In this document: piece by piece, positions 47,094 through 58,110 of the stretch | Position numbering within the stretch: position 1 is the stretch's first letter | Layout: each line of letters starts with the position of its first letter | From: Spirochaetota bacterium | Lineage (GTDB): Bacteria; Spirochaetota; UBA4802; UBA5550 | Reading direction: 5' to 3' | NCBI GenBank assembly: GCA_024276015.1 | Contig: JAJRXZ010000004.1 | Location: 20,216-84,215 of the forward strand | Length of the DNA: 64,000 bases | Notes under the pieces: generated by a model | Databases searched by the model: none | What the model was told of the DNA's origin: nothing | Seen by the model: only the letters and a program-made list of their open reading frames with translations | Program-made: the position numbers and the translations under genes

Positions 47094-49229
47094 ATGGAAA
47101 AGCTAAGCGATAATGTTGTTCTTCTCCCCAGAGGCGGATACCTGATAGATACGTCAATCGGTTATATTCAGATCGGGTCGCCGCCCGAAACAATAAAGGA
47201 TACAATGTTTATGCCCAAGGGCGTTCCCGAGATATTTGTTTTATCGAATGAACTTTTTAACTGGATTAAAGGAATAAGCGTTGCCGAAATTGAATTCCCC
47301 ATTTATTATAATTTTTTTATCAATAAAAAGAAAACTTATATTATATGTACCCAAGACCAGTATGTCCGTTTAAAGAAAGTTCTGCAGGAATCTCTATTCG
47401 GTCCCGGAGAGATCGATCTATCAATGGATTTGCACTGGTCTTTAGATCCGGGGGTTTATGATATAAAAAAGGAGATGTCCTATTTCAGAAATAATCTTAA
47501 ATTATCCGATCTTATTGCTGTTGGTATTTTTCATGATAATAAATTTACGTTTAAAGGAATAACTATCAGAATTGATGAGAATAATAATTTTACCATATCT
47601 GAGAATAATAAGGTGATTTCGCACGTTCCCGGTAAAATTGAGTATAAACCGACCTATGAAATCGGCGAAAGACTGCCCGAACCTTATAAGCCTCCTCTTT
47701 TCGGCGTTACATGCCTTGGCCCCAGCCACGGTTTTGATCCTACGGCAAATACATCCGGATTTATAATCTGGCTTAATCATCAGGGCGTAATGGTTGATCC
47801 TCCTGTAAATTCAACCGAATGGCTTGAAGATTCAAATGTCAACCCGAAATTGATTGACAGTATTATTCTTACTCACTGTCACGCGGACCATGATGCCGGG
47901 ACATTCCAAAAAATTCTCGAAGAAGGAAAGATCACAATATATTCCACAAGGACCGTTCTTAACAGCTTTATAAGAAAATATTCTTCCCTTTCCGGTATTG
48001 ATCCGTCATATCTTATGAAACTGTTTCACTTCCATCCGATTACTATCGGCGAACCCGTGTTTATTAATGGCGGAAGGTTTAATATGTTTTATACTTTACA
48101 TTCAATCCCCACAATGGGGTTCAGGATGGACTTTCAGGATCAATCATTTGTTTATACTTCCGATCATAACAATGACCCCGAGCTGCATAAAAAGATGCTT
48201 GAAGAGAAGGTAATAAGCGAAGAGAGGTATAAAGAGTTGTTGAACTTCCCATGGGATTCTAAAGTGATCTATCATGAATCCGGAGTGCCTCCTCTTCATA
48301 CTCCTATAAAATTTCTTAATTCTCTGCCCAAAGATCTTCAAAAGAAGATTGTAGTTTATCATATTGCGAAAAATGATTTTCCCGATAAAACCGATCTTAC
48401 TCTTGCAACTTTCGGAATAGAAAATACTCTCTATTTTGATACTACCCCCCCCAGGTTTGAAGAGGCATATCAGATTTTGGGACTGTTAAAAAATCTTGAT
48501 TTTTTTGAAGACCTGCCCATCAGCAAAGCTCAGGAGTTTATAGATATTATAGAAGAGGAAAGATATAAAAAAGGCGATCTTATTGTAAAAAAAGGGACAA
48601 TCGGCGATAAATTCTATATGATCCTATCGGGTAATATTTCCGTTGATACCGGCGGACTTGAAATGAAGAAGATTTACGGAGCCTATGATTATTTCGGAGA
48701 GGTGGCATTGATTACAGGTCAGAAAAGAGCGGCCGATATATACGCTGAGACCGATATTGTTGTTTATACAATAACAAGGGATAAATTCCTCAATTTTATT
48801 GTTGGGACCGAGTTTGAAAAAACGCTGATGAGGCTTTCCAAAATCAGATGCAGTGAAACATGGAATTTGCTGTCCAGCAGCAAATTTTTTCAGCACTGTA
48901 CCTCTTCACAGAAAACATGGCTTGAATCGATTTTTATTCCTGTTGAACTGAATGAGCCCGGCGAAATTATCAGAGAAGGAGAAAAACTTGAATACATATA
49001 TATCATCAGAAACGGCGAAGTTGAAGTTGCAAAAAACGGAAGCAATATTGCAACTTTGAAAAAAAGCGACCCGATCGGTTCCATGCAGAAGATATACAGA
49101 GGCGAGCCTGCAGTATATACTTTTTCACATAAAAAACCCTTATCCCTCTATGCTATGAAAAAAGATGACATACTGAAATTTCTTGAAAATAATCCGGGAA
49201 TACTGATGAAATCTGTTTATGATTTCTGA
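47094..49229 (+). CDS. MBL-fold metallo-hydrolase fused to two cyclic-nucleotide-binding domains
   Basis: HxHxDH motif ILTHCHADHDAG. CNB domain 1 has FGEVALITGQKRAADIYA. The second CNB-like domain is degenerate. About 200 aa at the N-terminus are unassigned. Confidence 0.8.
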   Translation: MEKLSDNVVLLPRGGYLIDTSIGYIQIGSPPETIKDTMFMPKGVPEIFVLSNELFNWIKGISVAEIEFPIYYNFFINKKKTYIICTQDQYVRLKKVLQESLFGPGEIDLSMDLHWSLDPGVYDIKKEMSYFRNNLKLSDLIAVGIFHDNKFTFKGITIRIDENNNFTISENNKVISHVPGKIEYKPTYEIGERLPEPYKPPLFGVTCLGPSHGFDPTANTSGFIIWLNHQGVMVDPPVNSTEWLEDSNVNPKLIDSIILTHCHADHDAGTFQKILEEGKITIYSTRTVLNSFIRKYSSLSGIDPSYLMKLFHFHPITIGEPVFINGGRFNMFYTLHSIPTMGFRMDFQDQSFVYTSDHNNDPELHKKMLEEKVISEERYKELLNFPWDSKVIYHESGVPPLHTPIKFLNSLPKDLQKKIVVYHIAKNDFPDKTDLTLATFGIENTLYFDTTPPRFEEAYQILGLLKNLDFFEDLPISKAQEFIDIIEEERYKKGDLIVKKGTIGDKFYMILSGNISVDTGGLEMKKIYGAYDYFGEVALITGQKRAADIYAETDIVVYTITRDKFLNFIVGTEFEKTLMRLSKIRCSETWNLLSSSKFFQHCTSSQKTWLESIFIPVELNEPGEIIREGEKLEYIYIIRNGEVEVAKNGSNIATLKKSDPIGSMQKIYRGEPAVYTFSHKKPLSLYAMKKDDILKFLENNPGILMKSVYDF

Positions 49230-49253
49230 TGTTTAAAAAGATTGGAGTATAGA

Positions 49254-50561
49254 ATGGATTTTAAAGTCAAAAAACTTGGAGAGTGTAAAATCGAATCTCC
49301 CTTGAAAAAAATTACTGCCTCCGGCAGAGTTTTTGTAAATGATGACAGAAGAATGTTTTTTGATATTTTTACCGATTCCTGCGCAGACGGGGAAAACCGG
49401 AGCGAAAAATCCTTTGAACTGGCCGGAGCCAGAGAGAAGATATTTTTTGATCCTGTAAATACGAAAATTGCTCTGGTAACATGCGGAGGATTGTGCCCCG
49501 GTCTTAACGATGTTATAAGATCCATTGTGATGGAGTCTTATTATATATACGGGATAAGATCGATTACCGGAATAAGATACGGATATAACGGACTGGATGC
49601 TGCAAAGGGATATGATCCTCTGGAGTTGTCTCCTGAAAATGTGAATGATATCCACAAAAAAGGCGGCACTATTCTCGGTTCTTCGCGGGGCGGAACCGAT
49701 GATATGGAAAAACTTGTAGATACGCTTGTAGAAATGAAAATAAACATTTTGTATACGATCGGCGGCGACGGCACTTTAAGGGGAGCTCATGAAATTGCGT
49801 CCATTGCCTTAAAAAGGGGGGTAGATTTAGCGGTTGTGGGAGTGCCCAAGACCATAGATAACGATATCAGTTTTATTCAGAAATCATTCGGTTTTGAAAC
49901 GGCATTTTCAAAAGCTGTTGAATCAATAAGTTCCGCCCATGTTGAAGCAAATGGAGCGCCTAACGGTATAGGGTTGGTAAAACTTATGGGAAGGCATTCC
50001 GGATTTATAGCCGCCAATGCCGCTCTTGCCATGAATGACGTTAATTTTCTTCTTATACCGGAGGTTCCCTTTGATCTTGAAGGCGAAAGAGGTTTTCTAA
50101 ACCATCTTAAGAAAAGAATTTTAAGGCGCAGCCATGCCGTTATCTGTGTTGCCGAAGGAGCCGGGCAGGATCTTGTTGCAGGCGGCCAAAGAAAACCTGA
50201 AGTAGATGCTTCAGGAAATGTCATCCTTCGGGATATCGGCATATTCTTAAAGAATAAAATAAAAGAATATTTTAAAAAAGAAGGAATTGAAATTAACCTG
50301 AAATATATAGACCCCAGTTATAATATCAGAAGCACGGCGGCAACACCCAATGATTCAATCTATTGCGCAATGCTGGGCCAGTTTGCAGTTCATGCCGCAA
50401 TGGCAGGCAAGACAGATATGATCGTGGGGCAGTGGAATAATATTTTTACGCACGTTCCTATTGAGCTTGCGATTTCCAGAAGGAAGAAAATTAATCCGCA
50501 TTCGTTGTTCTGGAACAGCGTTATTCAGGCAACAGGCCAGCCCTTCTCAATGGTAAACTGA
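49254..50561 (+). CDS. 6-phosphofructokinase (PfkA family; ATP versus PPi specificity is ambiguous)
   Basis: ATG at 49254 after GGAG. TCGGLCPGLND, IGGDGTLRGA, PKTIDNDI and MGRHSGFIA motifs. Confidence 0.88.
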   Translation: MDFKVKKLGECKIESPLKKITASGRVFVNDDRRMFFDIFTDSCADGENRSEKSFELAGAREKIFFDPVNTKIALVTCGGLCPGLNDVIRSIVMESYYIYGIRSITGIRYGYNGLDAAKGYDPLELSPENVNDIHKKGGTILGSSRGGTDDMEKLVDTLVEMKINILYTIGGDGTLRGAHEIASIALKRGVDLAVVGVPKTIDNDISFIQKSFGFETAFSKAVESISSAHVEANGAPNGIGLVKLMGRHSGFIAANAALAMNDVNFLLIPEVPFDLEGERGFLNHLKKRILRRSHAVICVAEGAGQDLVAGGQRKPEVDASGNVILRDIGIFLKNKIKEYFKKEGIEINLKYIDPSYNIRSTAATPNDSIYCAMLGQFAVHAAMAGKTDMIVGQWNNIFTHVPIELAISRRKKINPHSLFWNSVIQATGQPFSMVN

Positions 50562-50700
50562 TTGCTTTATATTTTCATGTAGTCAAGGTGTTTTAACTTA
50601 TTTTAAGGAACAAATACTGAATTGTTCGTATAATTTAGTGCGGCAGACAGGTGTTATCCGGAAGTTAATTTTATAACTCCCGGATAATAAGGAGGTTTTC

Positions 50701-52572
50701 TTAAGCAGAGAAGCTGCTGTTATTTATATTTATAACTGAAAGGTCTTCGCTTTTTATTGCTTTTGCAAATGATTCGGACAGAGGCAGAACATTTTTTATG
50801 TAATATCTTGCGCTGTACAGTTTACCGCTGTAAAATGCCGCTTCTCTGTTGTCTGCAATGAAATTATTTACCCTTTCTTTATCTCCGGGATCTATTCTAT
50901 TGGATTCGTAGATTGAGGCAAGTTTCTGCGATGCGATCCCGGCCTGCCAGAAGAGGAGCCATGCCAGGCATATATTTCCCAGCATAGTAATAAAGGGATA
51001 GGCATTTGAAATCGGAATAAGAAATTTACCCTTTTCGCTGCATTTTGCAAAAAAGATGCCGGTCTCCGCAAGAAGGTTTATATAGGTCTGCATTTCATCT
51101 GCAATGTCTTTTATCTCTTTAATATCTTTAAATCGGGCTACGGTTTTGTTCATCTCAGATAGGAGAGTAATAAAGTATTTCCCTTTTTTCTGACCAAGTT
51201 TCCTTCCAACCAGGTCAAGTGCCTGAATTCCGTTTGTTCCTTCATAGATAGATGCAATTTTAAGGTCTCTCATAAACTGTTCCACAGGGTAATCCTGGCA
51301 GTATCCGTATCCGCCATAGACCTGCATCGCAGTTTCGGTTACCCTGAAGCCGGTGTCGCTGCAATAAGCTTTGCAGACAGGAGTCAGTATTTCCAAAAGG
51401 CCTTTCCATTTTTCATATTCTTCATGATCTTCATTCAGTATCTGTATTTTGTCAAAGCAGATCCCGCTGAAATAGATGAGCGCTCTCATGCCTTCAACGT
51501 TTGATTTCATCCAGAGGAGCATCCTTCTTACGTCGGGATGTTCAATGATAGCGACTCTGGGAGCTTCGGGGTTCTGCATGTTCATAATACTGGTCCCCTG
51601 TTTTCTTTCCGAAGCATATTTCAGCGCGTGAAGGTAAGCGGCGCCTGCTGTTCCCATCCCCTGAAGACCCACATCAATTCTTGCCTCATTCATTAGCTGA
51701 AACATTACTTTCATGCCTTTGCGTTCTTCTCCGAGAAGTTCTCCGTAGCATTCGCCGTTATCGCCAAAATTAATAGAACAGGTTGAACTTCCCCTGAGCC
51801 CCATTTTATGTTCAATTCCGCTGATAGAATAATCGTTCCTTTTTCCTATGGAACCGTCTTCATTAACAATAAACTTCGGGACAAGAAAAATTGATATGCC
51901 CTTTGTGCCGGCCGGATCGCCTTCAATTCTTGCCAGCACCGGATTGATTATATTTTCAAAAAGATCGGATTCTGCTCCTGTAATAAATATTTTCGATCCT
52001 GTGATTTTGTAGGAACCGTCAGTCTGTTTCACGGCTTTTGTTTTGAGGCTGCCCACGTCCGACCCTGCATCAGGTTCGGTAAGAGCCATTGAGCCGCCCC
52101 AAAGACCTGTATACATCTTTTCCATATATTTCTTTTTCTGTTCATCGCTGCCGAATTTTTCGATCAGATGGGCGGCGCCCACGCTGAGAAATATGTAAGA
52201 GTGAAATGCGTAATTGTGCACAAAATATTCGCATACTGCGAGATGCATTGTGTATGGGAAACCCTGTCCGCCTGCTTCAGGCGATACTGACAGCAGGTTC
52301 CATCCTCCTTCAATGAATTTTTCTTTAATTTTATGAAATGATCTCGGCACAAAAACCTTGCCGTTTTCCAGACGGCAGCCTTCTCTGTCTGCCTCCATCA
52401 TTGTGGGATAAATTTCCTCTTGGGCTAATCTCCCTGCGATATCAAGCGTCATGTCGAATTCGTCTCTGGAAAATTCGCTGTATGGGCCCCTTTTGCACAG
52501 TTCTTCTTCTATATTGAGCATTTCATAAAGAATAAATTCCTGATCCCTTTTATCAACCAATAGATTACTCAT
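50701..52572 (-). CDS. long-form acyl-CoA dehydrogenase
   Basis: 623 aa. ACAD middle-domain and C-terminal-domain pattern (ALTEPDAGSD, IYEGTNGIQ) plus an extra C-terminal domain. Confidence 0.85.
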   Translation of the reverse strand: MSNLLVDKRDQEFILYEMLNIEEELCKRGPYSEFSRDEFDMTLDIAGRLAQEEIYPTMMEADREGCRLENGKVFVPRSFHKIKEKFIEGGWNLLSVSPEAGGQGFPYTMHLAVCEYFVHNYAFHSYIFLSVGAAHLIEKFGSDEQKKKYMEKMYTGLWGGSMALTEPDAGSDVGSLKTKAVKQTDGSYKITGSKIFITGAESDLFENIINPVLARIEGDPAGTKGISIFLVPKFIVNEDGSIGKRNDYSISGIEHKMGLRGSSTCSINFGDNGECYGELLGEERKGMKVMFQLMNEARIDVGLQGMGTAGAAYLHALKYASERKQGTSIMNMQNPEAPRVAIIEHPDVRRMLLWMKSNVEGMRALIYFSGICFDKIQILNEDHEEYEKWKGLLEILTPVCKAYCSDTGFRVTETAMQVYGGYGYCQDYPVEQFMRDLKIASIYEGTNGIQALDLVGRKLGQKKGKYFITLLSEMNKTVARFKDIKEIKDIADEMQTYINLLAETGIFFAKCSEKGKFLIPISNAYPFITMLGNICLAWLLFWQAGIASQKLASIYESNRIDPGDKERVNNFIADNREAAFYSGKLYSARYYIKNVLPLSESFAKAIKSEDLSVININNSSFSA

Positions 52573-52767
52573 TTTATAACTCCTGTATTATATTTTAAAG
52601 GCATTTTGTTGACTAAAAACTATAAAATTAAACTAATTATAATTAGCTTAATTTTATTGTCCATTATTTTTTAGTTTGTACAGAAAAAAGAGAAGCAATT
52701 ACGGGTTTAAGATTTCATTGACTTTCACATGCCCGCTCACGAGCTCTTTCAGCAGTTTTATATTTTC

Positions 52768-53742
52768 TTAATCCTCAATTGAAAGAAGAGGTTCCATGTC
52801 GTCAATCTGTTTTGCAACCTGAAATGTATCTCCCTTCACTGTCATCAGGGGGATATCCTTTTCCGATGCCATTGATATGATGTTTGCAGGAGGCAGAATA
52901 TCATTTGAAAGGACAATTGCCGATGTGTCGCTTTCAAGAGCGGTTAAAATAATATCGCTCCTGTCGCCGCTTGTTATGATAAGTTTTTTTTCTCTGCGAA
53001 AAAGTATATGCCTCAGCATTTCGCCGGATGACATTGCGCCAACAAGTATGTTTTTTACCACTTTGTTGAGGCCTTTTTCGCCGGCAATAATATTTGCGTT
53101 AATTCTTTCCGTTAGAAATCTTACCGTAAAGTTGTTTAATTCGTCTCTGAAGGGAATTACGCCGAGAATTTTAAAACCGAGTTCTTTTATTTCTTCAAAA
53201 CATGACTTTTTAAAATCATCAGGATAATTCACCCTGTTTATTATTACTCCGCTGATCGCACCGGTTTTACGGTTCATATATTTGTTCATATATGTCAGTT
53301 CGTCAATGATCATATCTTCATTTCCGCTGACAACAATAATAAGCTCCGCATCGAGGTTAACAGAAAGCGAGAAGGGATCCAATAAAACCGAAGCTCCGTA
53401 TGAGAGGGTTCTCCCTCCCTCAATGAATAATATGTCCTTCCCCGATCCGGCCTTTTCAGCCATTCGTATCAGTTCGTTTTTGATATTATCGTTATTATAT
53501 TTGTATTTTAATTTACAGTGGTCAAATCCGAGGGACAGTTCTTCCGGTTTGGCGCCTGAGTTGGTAATATCTGTTATAAGCCTTGAATCGGAATCAAAAT
53601 TTATTTTGCCTTTGCGGATCAGCCGGTCGCCCACAGGCTTTATATATGAACAGTTTTTATTCATAAGGGACATTATTATACCGGCAATGATACTTGTTTT
53701 GCCGGCATTGCCTTTTACTGATCCAACTACTATCCTTTTCAT
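52768..53742 (-). CDS. BioD-like P-loop plus DRTGG domain protein (resembles the Pta N-terminal region)
   Basis: GSVKGNAGKTSIIAGI P-loop. C-terminal DRTGG-like ITSGDRSDIILTAL. Confidence 0.65.
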   Translation of the reverse strand: MKRIVVGSVKGNAGKTSIIAGIIMSLMNKNCSYIKPVGDRLIRKGKINFDSDSRLITDITNSGAKPEELSLGFDHCKLKYKYNNDNIKNELIRMAEKAGSGKDILFIEGGRTLSYGASVLLDPFSLSVNLDAELIIVVSGNEDMIIDELTYMNKYMNRKTGAISGVIINRVNYPDDFKKSCFEEIKELGFKILGVIPFRDELNNFTVRFLTERINANIIAGEKGLNKVVKNILVGAMSSGEMLRHILFRREKKLIITSGDRSDIILTALESDTSAIVLSNDILPPANIISMASEKDIPLMTVKGDTFQVAKQIDDMEPLLSIED

Positions 53743-53754
53743 CTGTTTGTCTCC

Positions 53755-55881
53755 TTATTGGTTTGTAATAAGTATCCTTACATCAATAGCCTTTAATCCC
53801 TTTTTCTTTTCATATACCATTACCGGATTGATTTCAATATCCCTTATTTCGGGGCATTTTTGTATTATTGTACTTACTTTGATGATTGTGTCAACAACGC
53901 CTTCAATATCTTTTCTTTTACTTCCTCTGGCGCCGAGAAGAAGGGGATATGATTTGATCTCGCTGAGCATTTTTGCCGCTTATTTCCTGTTCAGAGGCAG
54001 TCCTCTGAAAGTAATATCCTTCATTATCTCAACATAGATGCCTCCGAGGCCGCACATTACAATGGGCCCGAATGATGGGTCTCTTCTTGCTCCGATAATA
54101 AGCTCAACATCGGGGTCAACCATTTCACTGACTTCAATTCCGTCAATTCTTGCGTCGCTTTTGTAGGATTTGGCATTGTATATTATTGCTTCATAGGCAT
54201 CGATGGCTTCTTCATCCTTTTCAATGTTAAGAATTATGCCTCCGGCATCGCTCTTATGGAGGATATCTCTGGAAACGATCTTCATAACAACAGGATAACC
54301 TATTTCGCCGGCAAAGGCCAGCGCTTCCTCGAGGTTATGCGCTATTTTGGCAGCAGGTATGCTGATGCCTGTACTTCCGACGATTTCTATCCCCTCGCTG
54401 GAAAAGAGGAAGTTTCGTCCCTCTGCAAGGGCATTGGTAATTATTGAATTGATCGGTTCGGTGCATATATCGGCTTCGTCAACCGAATCCGAATATTCGT
54501 CAATATATTTTTTATATTTGTATGATGCAGCCAGTGATGATACTGCATCCCTTACGTCTCCGTAAACGGGAATACTTTCTTTTTTAAGAGTTAAAATTGA
54601 GTTTTCAACTGATGCGCCGCCTACTATTGCATAGCTGATGGGTTTCCCTCTGTCAAAGTGTGTTTTACAGGTATCTCTTATCATGGGAGTGAGGTTGTGG
54701 GAATCGAATGTTGCAGTTTCGCAATAGAGAGCAATTGTAGAGTCCATATGTTTGCTCAGAGCAGGCGCAGAAAGCGCCAGGACGTAGTCCTCCGATACTG
54801 CGCCCCCGGTAATATCTACGGGGTTTTTTGTTGATCCGAAGGATGGAGTGGCAGGTCCAAAAACCTCTTTAAGTATCTCCTGGTCGTCATATAGTTCGAT
54901 CCCATACTTCTCACAGGCGTCTGTGGCAAGAACCCCAATTCCTCCGCCGTTGGTAACAATTACGCATCGGCTGCCTTTGGGTCGGGGACTTGTGGACAGA
55001 AATTTGCACCAGTTAAAAGCTTCTTCAATGCTGTCTGTCCTTAAAACGCCGCACTGTTTCATGATAGCGTCAAAAACCGCGTCTGAACCGGCAAGGGATC
55101 CGGTATGCGATGCAGCAGCCATGGCGCCTCTTTTTGACCTTCCCGATTTGATAACTACTACCGGTTTTTTCAGAGTTGCCCTTTTGAGCGTTTCGATGAG
55201 AACTTTCCCGTTTTTTACTCCTTCAATATACATAAGTATAACTTTGGTCTCGTCCTGTTCTGTCAGATATTCAAGAAGTTCGGCTTCGTCAAGGTCGGAT
55301 TTATTTCCAATGGATACTATTGCAGAAAGCCCTATGTTATCAACAGCGGTTTTACCTATCATGGCAATCCCCAGGGCTCCGCTCTGTGTGAGTATGGCAA
55401 CATTGCCCGGCATGATCTTTGATGCTGAGAAGGTCGAGTTCAGCGATGATGACGACGAGTAGAGCCCGAAAATATTGGGCCCCAGAATCCTCATTCCTGC
55501 GGATCTCGCTATGGATACGATCTTTCTCTCTTCTTCAAGGCGCCCGATTTCGGAGAATCCGGAAGTTATAATCTGGACATGCTTTACTCCTTTATCTGCG
55601 CAGTTTTGAACCGCTTACGTTACATATTGCGCCGGAATAGCAATTGAAGCAACATCAACAGCGCCTTTAATATCCAGAATATTTTTATATGCTTTTCTGC
55701 CCGAGATCTCGCCTCCTGCCGGATTTACCGGATAAACTTTGCCTTTAAAAGCGCCCTCTATTATATTTTTTAAAATTATGTGACCTATTTTCTCCCGGTT
55801 TTTTGATGCGCCGATAACTGCAATGCTTTCCGGTTCAAAAAGAGATTTAATGGCACTGTTCTTTGTTTTTATTTTGTCCAT
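53755..55881 (-). pseudogene. ADP-forming acetyl-CoA synthetase (fused alpha/beta, about 709 codons) interrupted by two in-frame TAA codons
   Basis: Three track ORFs (55881-55615, 55494-53980, 53970-53755) share one frame. TAA codons sit at 55617-55615 (GTA ACG TAA GCG GTT) and 53982-53980 (AGG AAA TAA GCG GCA). Homology-like sequence continues across both (CoA-binding IAVIGAS, ...ITSGFSE..., ATP-grasp, ...LLLGARG...EINP). Confidence 0.7.
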
Positions 55882-55953
55882 AGAATATCAATATACTGTT
55901 AATATGCTTTTTTTCAAAATTTTTTGTTAAGGGATGGTAAAATCCTTGATCTT

Positions 55954-56619
55954 TTATTTCTGGTCTTTTTGAACCCACAGCGTTGCTCTTTGCACAAGCT
56001 CAATGGCGCTTTTCAGGCTCAATTTTTCTTTGATATGAACTCTGTGATTTTCAACTGTTTTTATGCTTATATTTAATTTATAGGCAACCTGTCTTGTTCC
56101 CAGTCCCTGTCCTATGAGTTCAAAGACTTCAAGTTCTCTGTCCGTTAAAAGATCCACAGGAGAGCTGTCGATTCTGGATTTGCCGTCCAGCATCATGCTG
56201 AAAATTCTTGTGGCTATCTGGTCGCTCACATATATATTCCCTTTAAGAACATGGTGAATTGCTTTGATTATTGTTTCCGGAGCCTCCTGTTTCATTACAT
56301 AACCTTTGGCTCCGGCTTTCAATGTTCTTTCGGCATATATCTTTTCATCGTGCATTGATAAGACAATAATGGGCATATTGGGAAATTTTATTCTGGAGTC
56401 CTTTATAAGGTCTATGCCGCTTCTGTCTTTCAGCGTAATATCAATGATCACGAGATCCGGTTTTTTTTCCTCAAATCCTTTGAATGCATTGAATGTATCT
56501 TCCGCTTCTCCGCATACAGTGAGGTCCTTTTCATTATTGATCAACTGTGCCAGGCCTTTCCTGAAAATAGGGTGGTCTTCCACAATGAATATTTTGGTTA
56601 TGTTTTTTGCTGAAATCAT
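55954..56619 (-). CDS. NarL/LuxR-family response regulator
   Basis: Receiver (IFIVEDHPIFR...DLVIIDITL) plus LuxR HTH (LTDRELEVFELIGQGLGTRQVAYKLNISIKTVENHR). Confidence 0.93.
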   Translation of the reverse strand: MISAKNITKIFIVEDHPIFRKGLAQLINNEKDLTVCGEAEDTFNAFKGFEEKKPDLVIIDITLKDRSGIDLIKDSRIKFPNMPIIVLSMHDEKIYAERTLKAGAKGYVMKQEAPETIIKAIHHVLKGNIYVSDQIATRIFSMMLDGKSRIDSSPVDLLTDRELEVFELIGQGLGTRQVAYKLNISIKTVENHRVHIKEKLSLKSAIELVQRATLWVQKDQK

Positions 56620-56715
56620 TAATAAATCCCATTTGTTTATATTTATGTAGATTAATGATTTGTATAAAAAGATAATTTACAGTTTTATTATTTTAAGCAA
56701 TATAATTTCTCTGAA

Positions 56716-58110
56716 TTAATTTTTTTTCAGAATACAGGTTACACTGGTACCGCCTGTATCATTTTGACCGATATTAAGAGATGAGTTGATAATACGGGCC
56801 CTGTATTTCATTATATTTATTCCCATGCCTTTCCTCCTGTCAAGAAGCTTTTCAATACCGATCCCGTCGTCTCTGACTCTTAATGTTATTTCTCCGTTTA
56901 CCTCGTTGAGCTCTACGGTAATATTTTTTGCTTTACTGTGCTTTATGGAGTTGTTAACCGCCTCCTGCGCTATGAGGAAGAGGTGTATTGCCACTATGTT
57001 CTCTTTAATTGAAACAGATTTGATATGTTCAAAATTGCATTTTATTCCGTAGAGTCTTTCAACATTATTGAGCAGTTCGTCAAGAGCAAAGATCAGGCCG
57101 TCCGCGTCGATATCAACGGGACTCAACCCTTTAACAAGCTGCCTTGTGTGGTTAATGGCTTGTGTGATATGCTCATTTATTTCCTCCAGGTCTTTTGCCT
57201 CGCTCATCAATTGTTTTGCTTCAAGTTTCTTTTTCAGTATATTTGTCATAAATTTAATTCCCACAAGGTGAGGCCCCAGCCCGTCGTGAAGGTCATTCCC
57301 TATCTGCTGTCTCTCCTGTTCGCTTACTCTGATTATCTCGCTTTCAAGGCGTTTCTGTTCGGATATGTTCATAAATGAAGCAACGCTCTTTTTAGTGCCG
57401 GGGATCATATCGGCTGTCATATATATCTCTTTGATTATGCCGTATCTGTCAATAAATCTGAACTCATAGTTTCTGGGAGCGGCAGCGGGATCAATTCTTC
57501 TCAGTTTATGATATTCGAGCATTTTTTCCAGGTCTTCTTCTGCAATAAATTCGGTCCAGCTTTTTTTGCCTTCAATTTCATCTCTGCTGTAGGCTGACAG
57601 CAGCTCAAATTCTCTGTTAACCAGTGATATTGTTGTATCTTCTTCGATAAAAATTGTTGCATTCCCGGTGTTTTCAAAGATCGTACGGTAAATCCCTTCA
57701 CTTTCTCTCAGTTTCCGGTCTATTCTCTCCCTGTACAGCGTGATTTCAATGGCGCTGTAAAGATTTTTAAGATTTATAGGTTTTACCAGATATTCATAGG
57801 GTTCGGTAATTTTATCTTTTTTCAATACGGATATTTCAGGGTATTCGATAAGATAGATAATGGGTATTTTGAAATCTTCCTTAATAGTATCAGAAAAAGA
57901 GATATTATTTGTAACTCTGTTCAGGTCGGTATCCAGCATTATCAGGTCGGGTTTGTTTTTAAATATCTCTCTGATACATTCGTCAACAGAGTCTAAAAGC
58001 GCTGTTACTTCATAACCGAGCTTATTGAGATTATTCTTAATATCTTTTGCAATATTTTTCTTTTTTTCAATTATAAGAATTTTTGCGGCATTTGTTTTCT
58101 GTTCTTTCAT
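56716..58110 (-). CDS. cytoplasmic hybrid histidine kinase: REC-PAS-HisKA_3-HATPase
   Basis: Receiver-like N-terminus (ILIIEKKK...DLIMLDTDL; acidic pocket atypical), PAS, H-box IGNDLHDGLGPHL, ATPase VRDDGIGI. No TM segment. Confidence 0.88.
   Translation of the reverse strand: MKEQKTNAAKILIIEKKKNIAKDIKNNLNKLGYEVTALLDSVDECIREIFKNKPDLIMLDTDLNRVTNNISFSDTIKEDFKIPIIYLIEYPEISVLKKDKITEPYEYLVKPINLKNLYSAIEITLYRERIDRKLRESEGIYRTIFENTGNATIFIEEDTTISLVNREFELLSAYSRDEIEGKKSWTEFIAEEDLEKMLEYHKLRRIDPAAAPRNYEFRFIDRYGIIKEIYMTADMIPGTKKSVASFMNISEQKRLESEIIRVSEQERQQIGNDLHDGLGPHLVGIKFMTNILKKKLEAKQLMSEAKDLEEINEHITQAINHTRQLVKGLSPVDIDADGLIFALDELLNNVERLYGIKCNFEHIKSVSIKENIVAIHLFLIAQEAVNNSIKHSKAKNITVELNEVNGEITLRVRDDGIGIEKLLDRRKGMGINIMKYRARIINSSLNIGQNDTGGTSVTCILKKN

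Noticed and set aside
53282-54037. A 251-aa + strand ORF.
   Set aside because: It is antisense to the DRTGG gene and the acetyl-CoA synthetase C-terminus. The product is low-complexity Ser/Ile/Phe-rich sequence. This is a shadow ORF.
53980-55617. The in-frame TAA codons as evidence of stop-codon reassignment.
   Set aside because: TAA terminates many well-defined genes in the window (groEL, moaC, and the genes ending at 3743, 4307, 4876, 5921 and 6840, among others). TAG and TGA are also used as stops. A global recoding is therefore not tenable.
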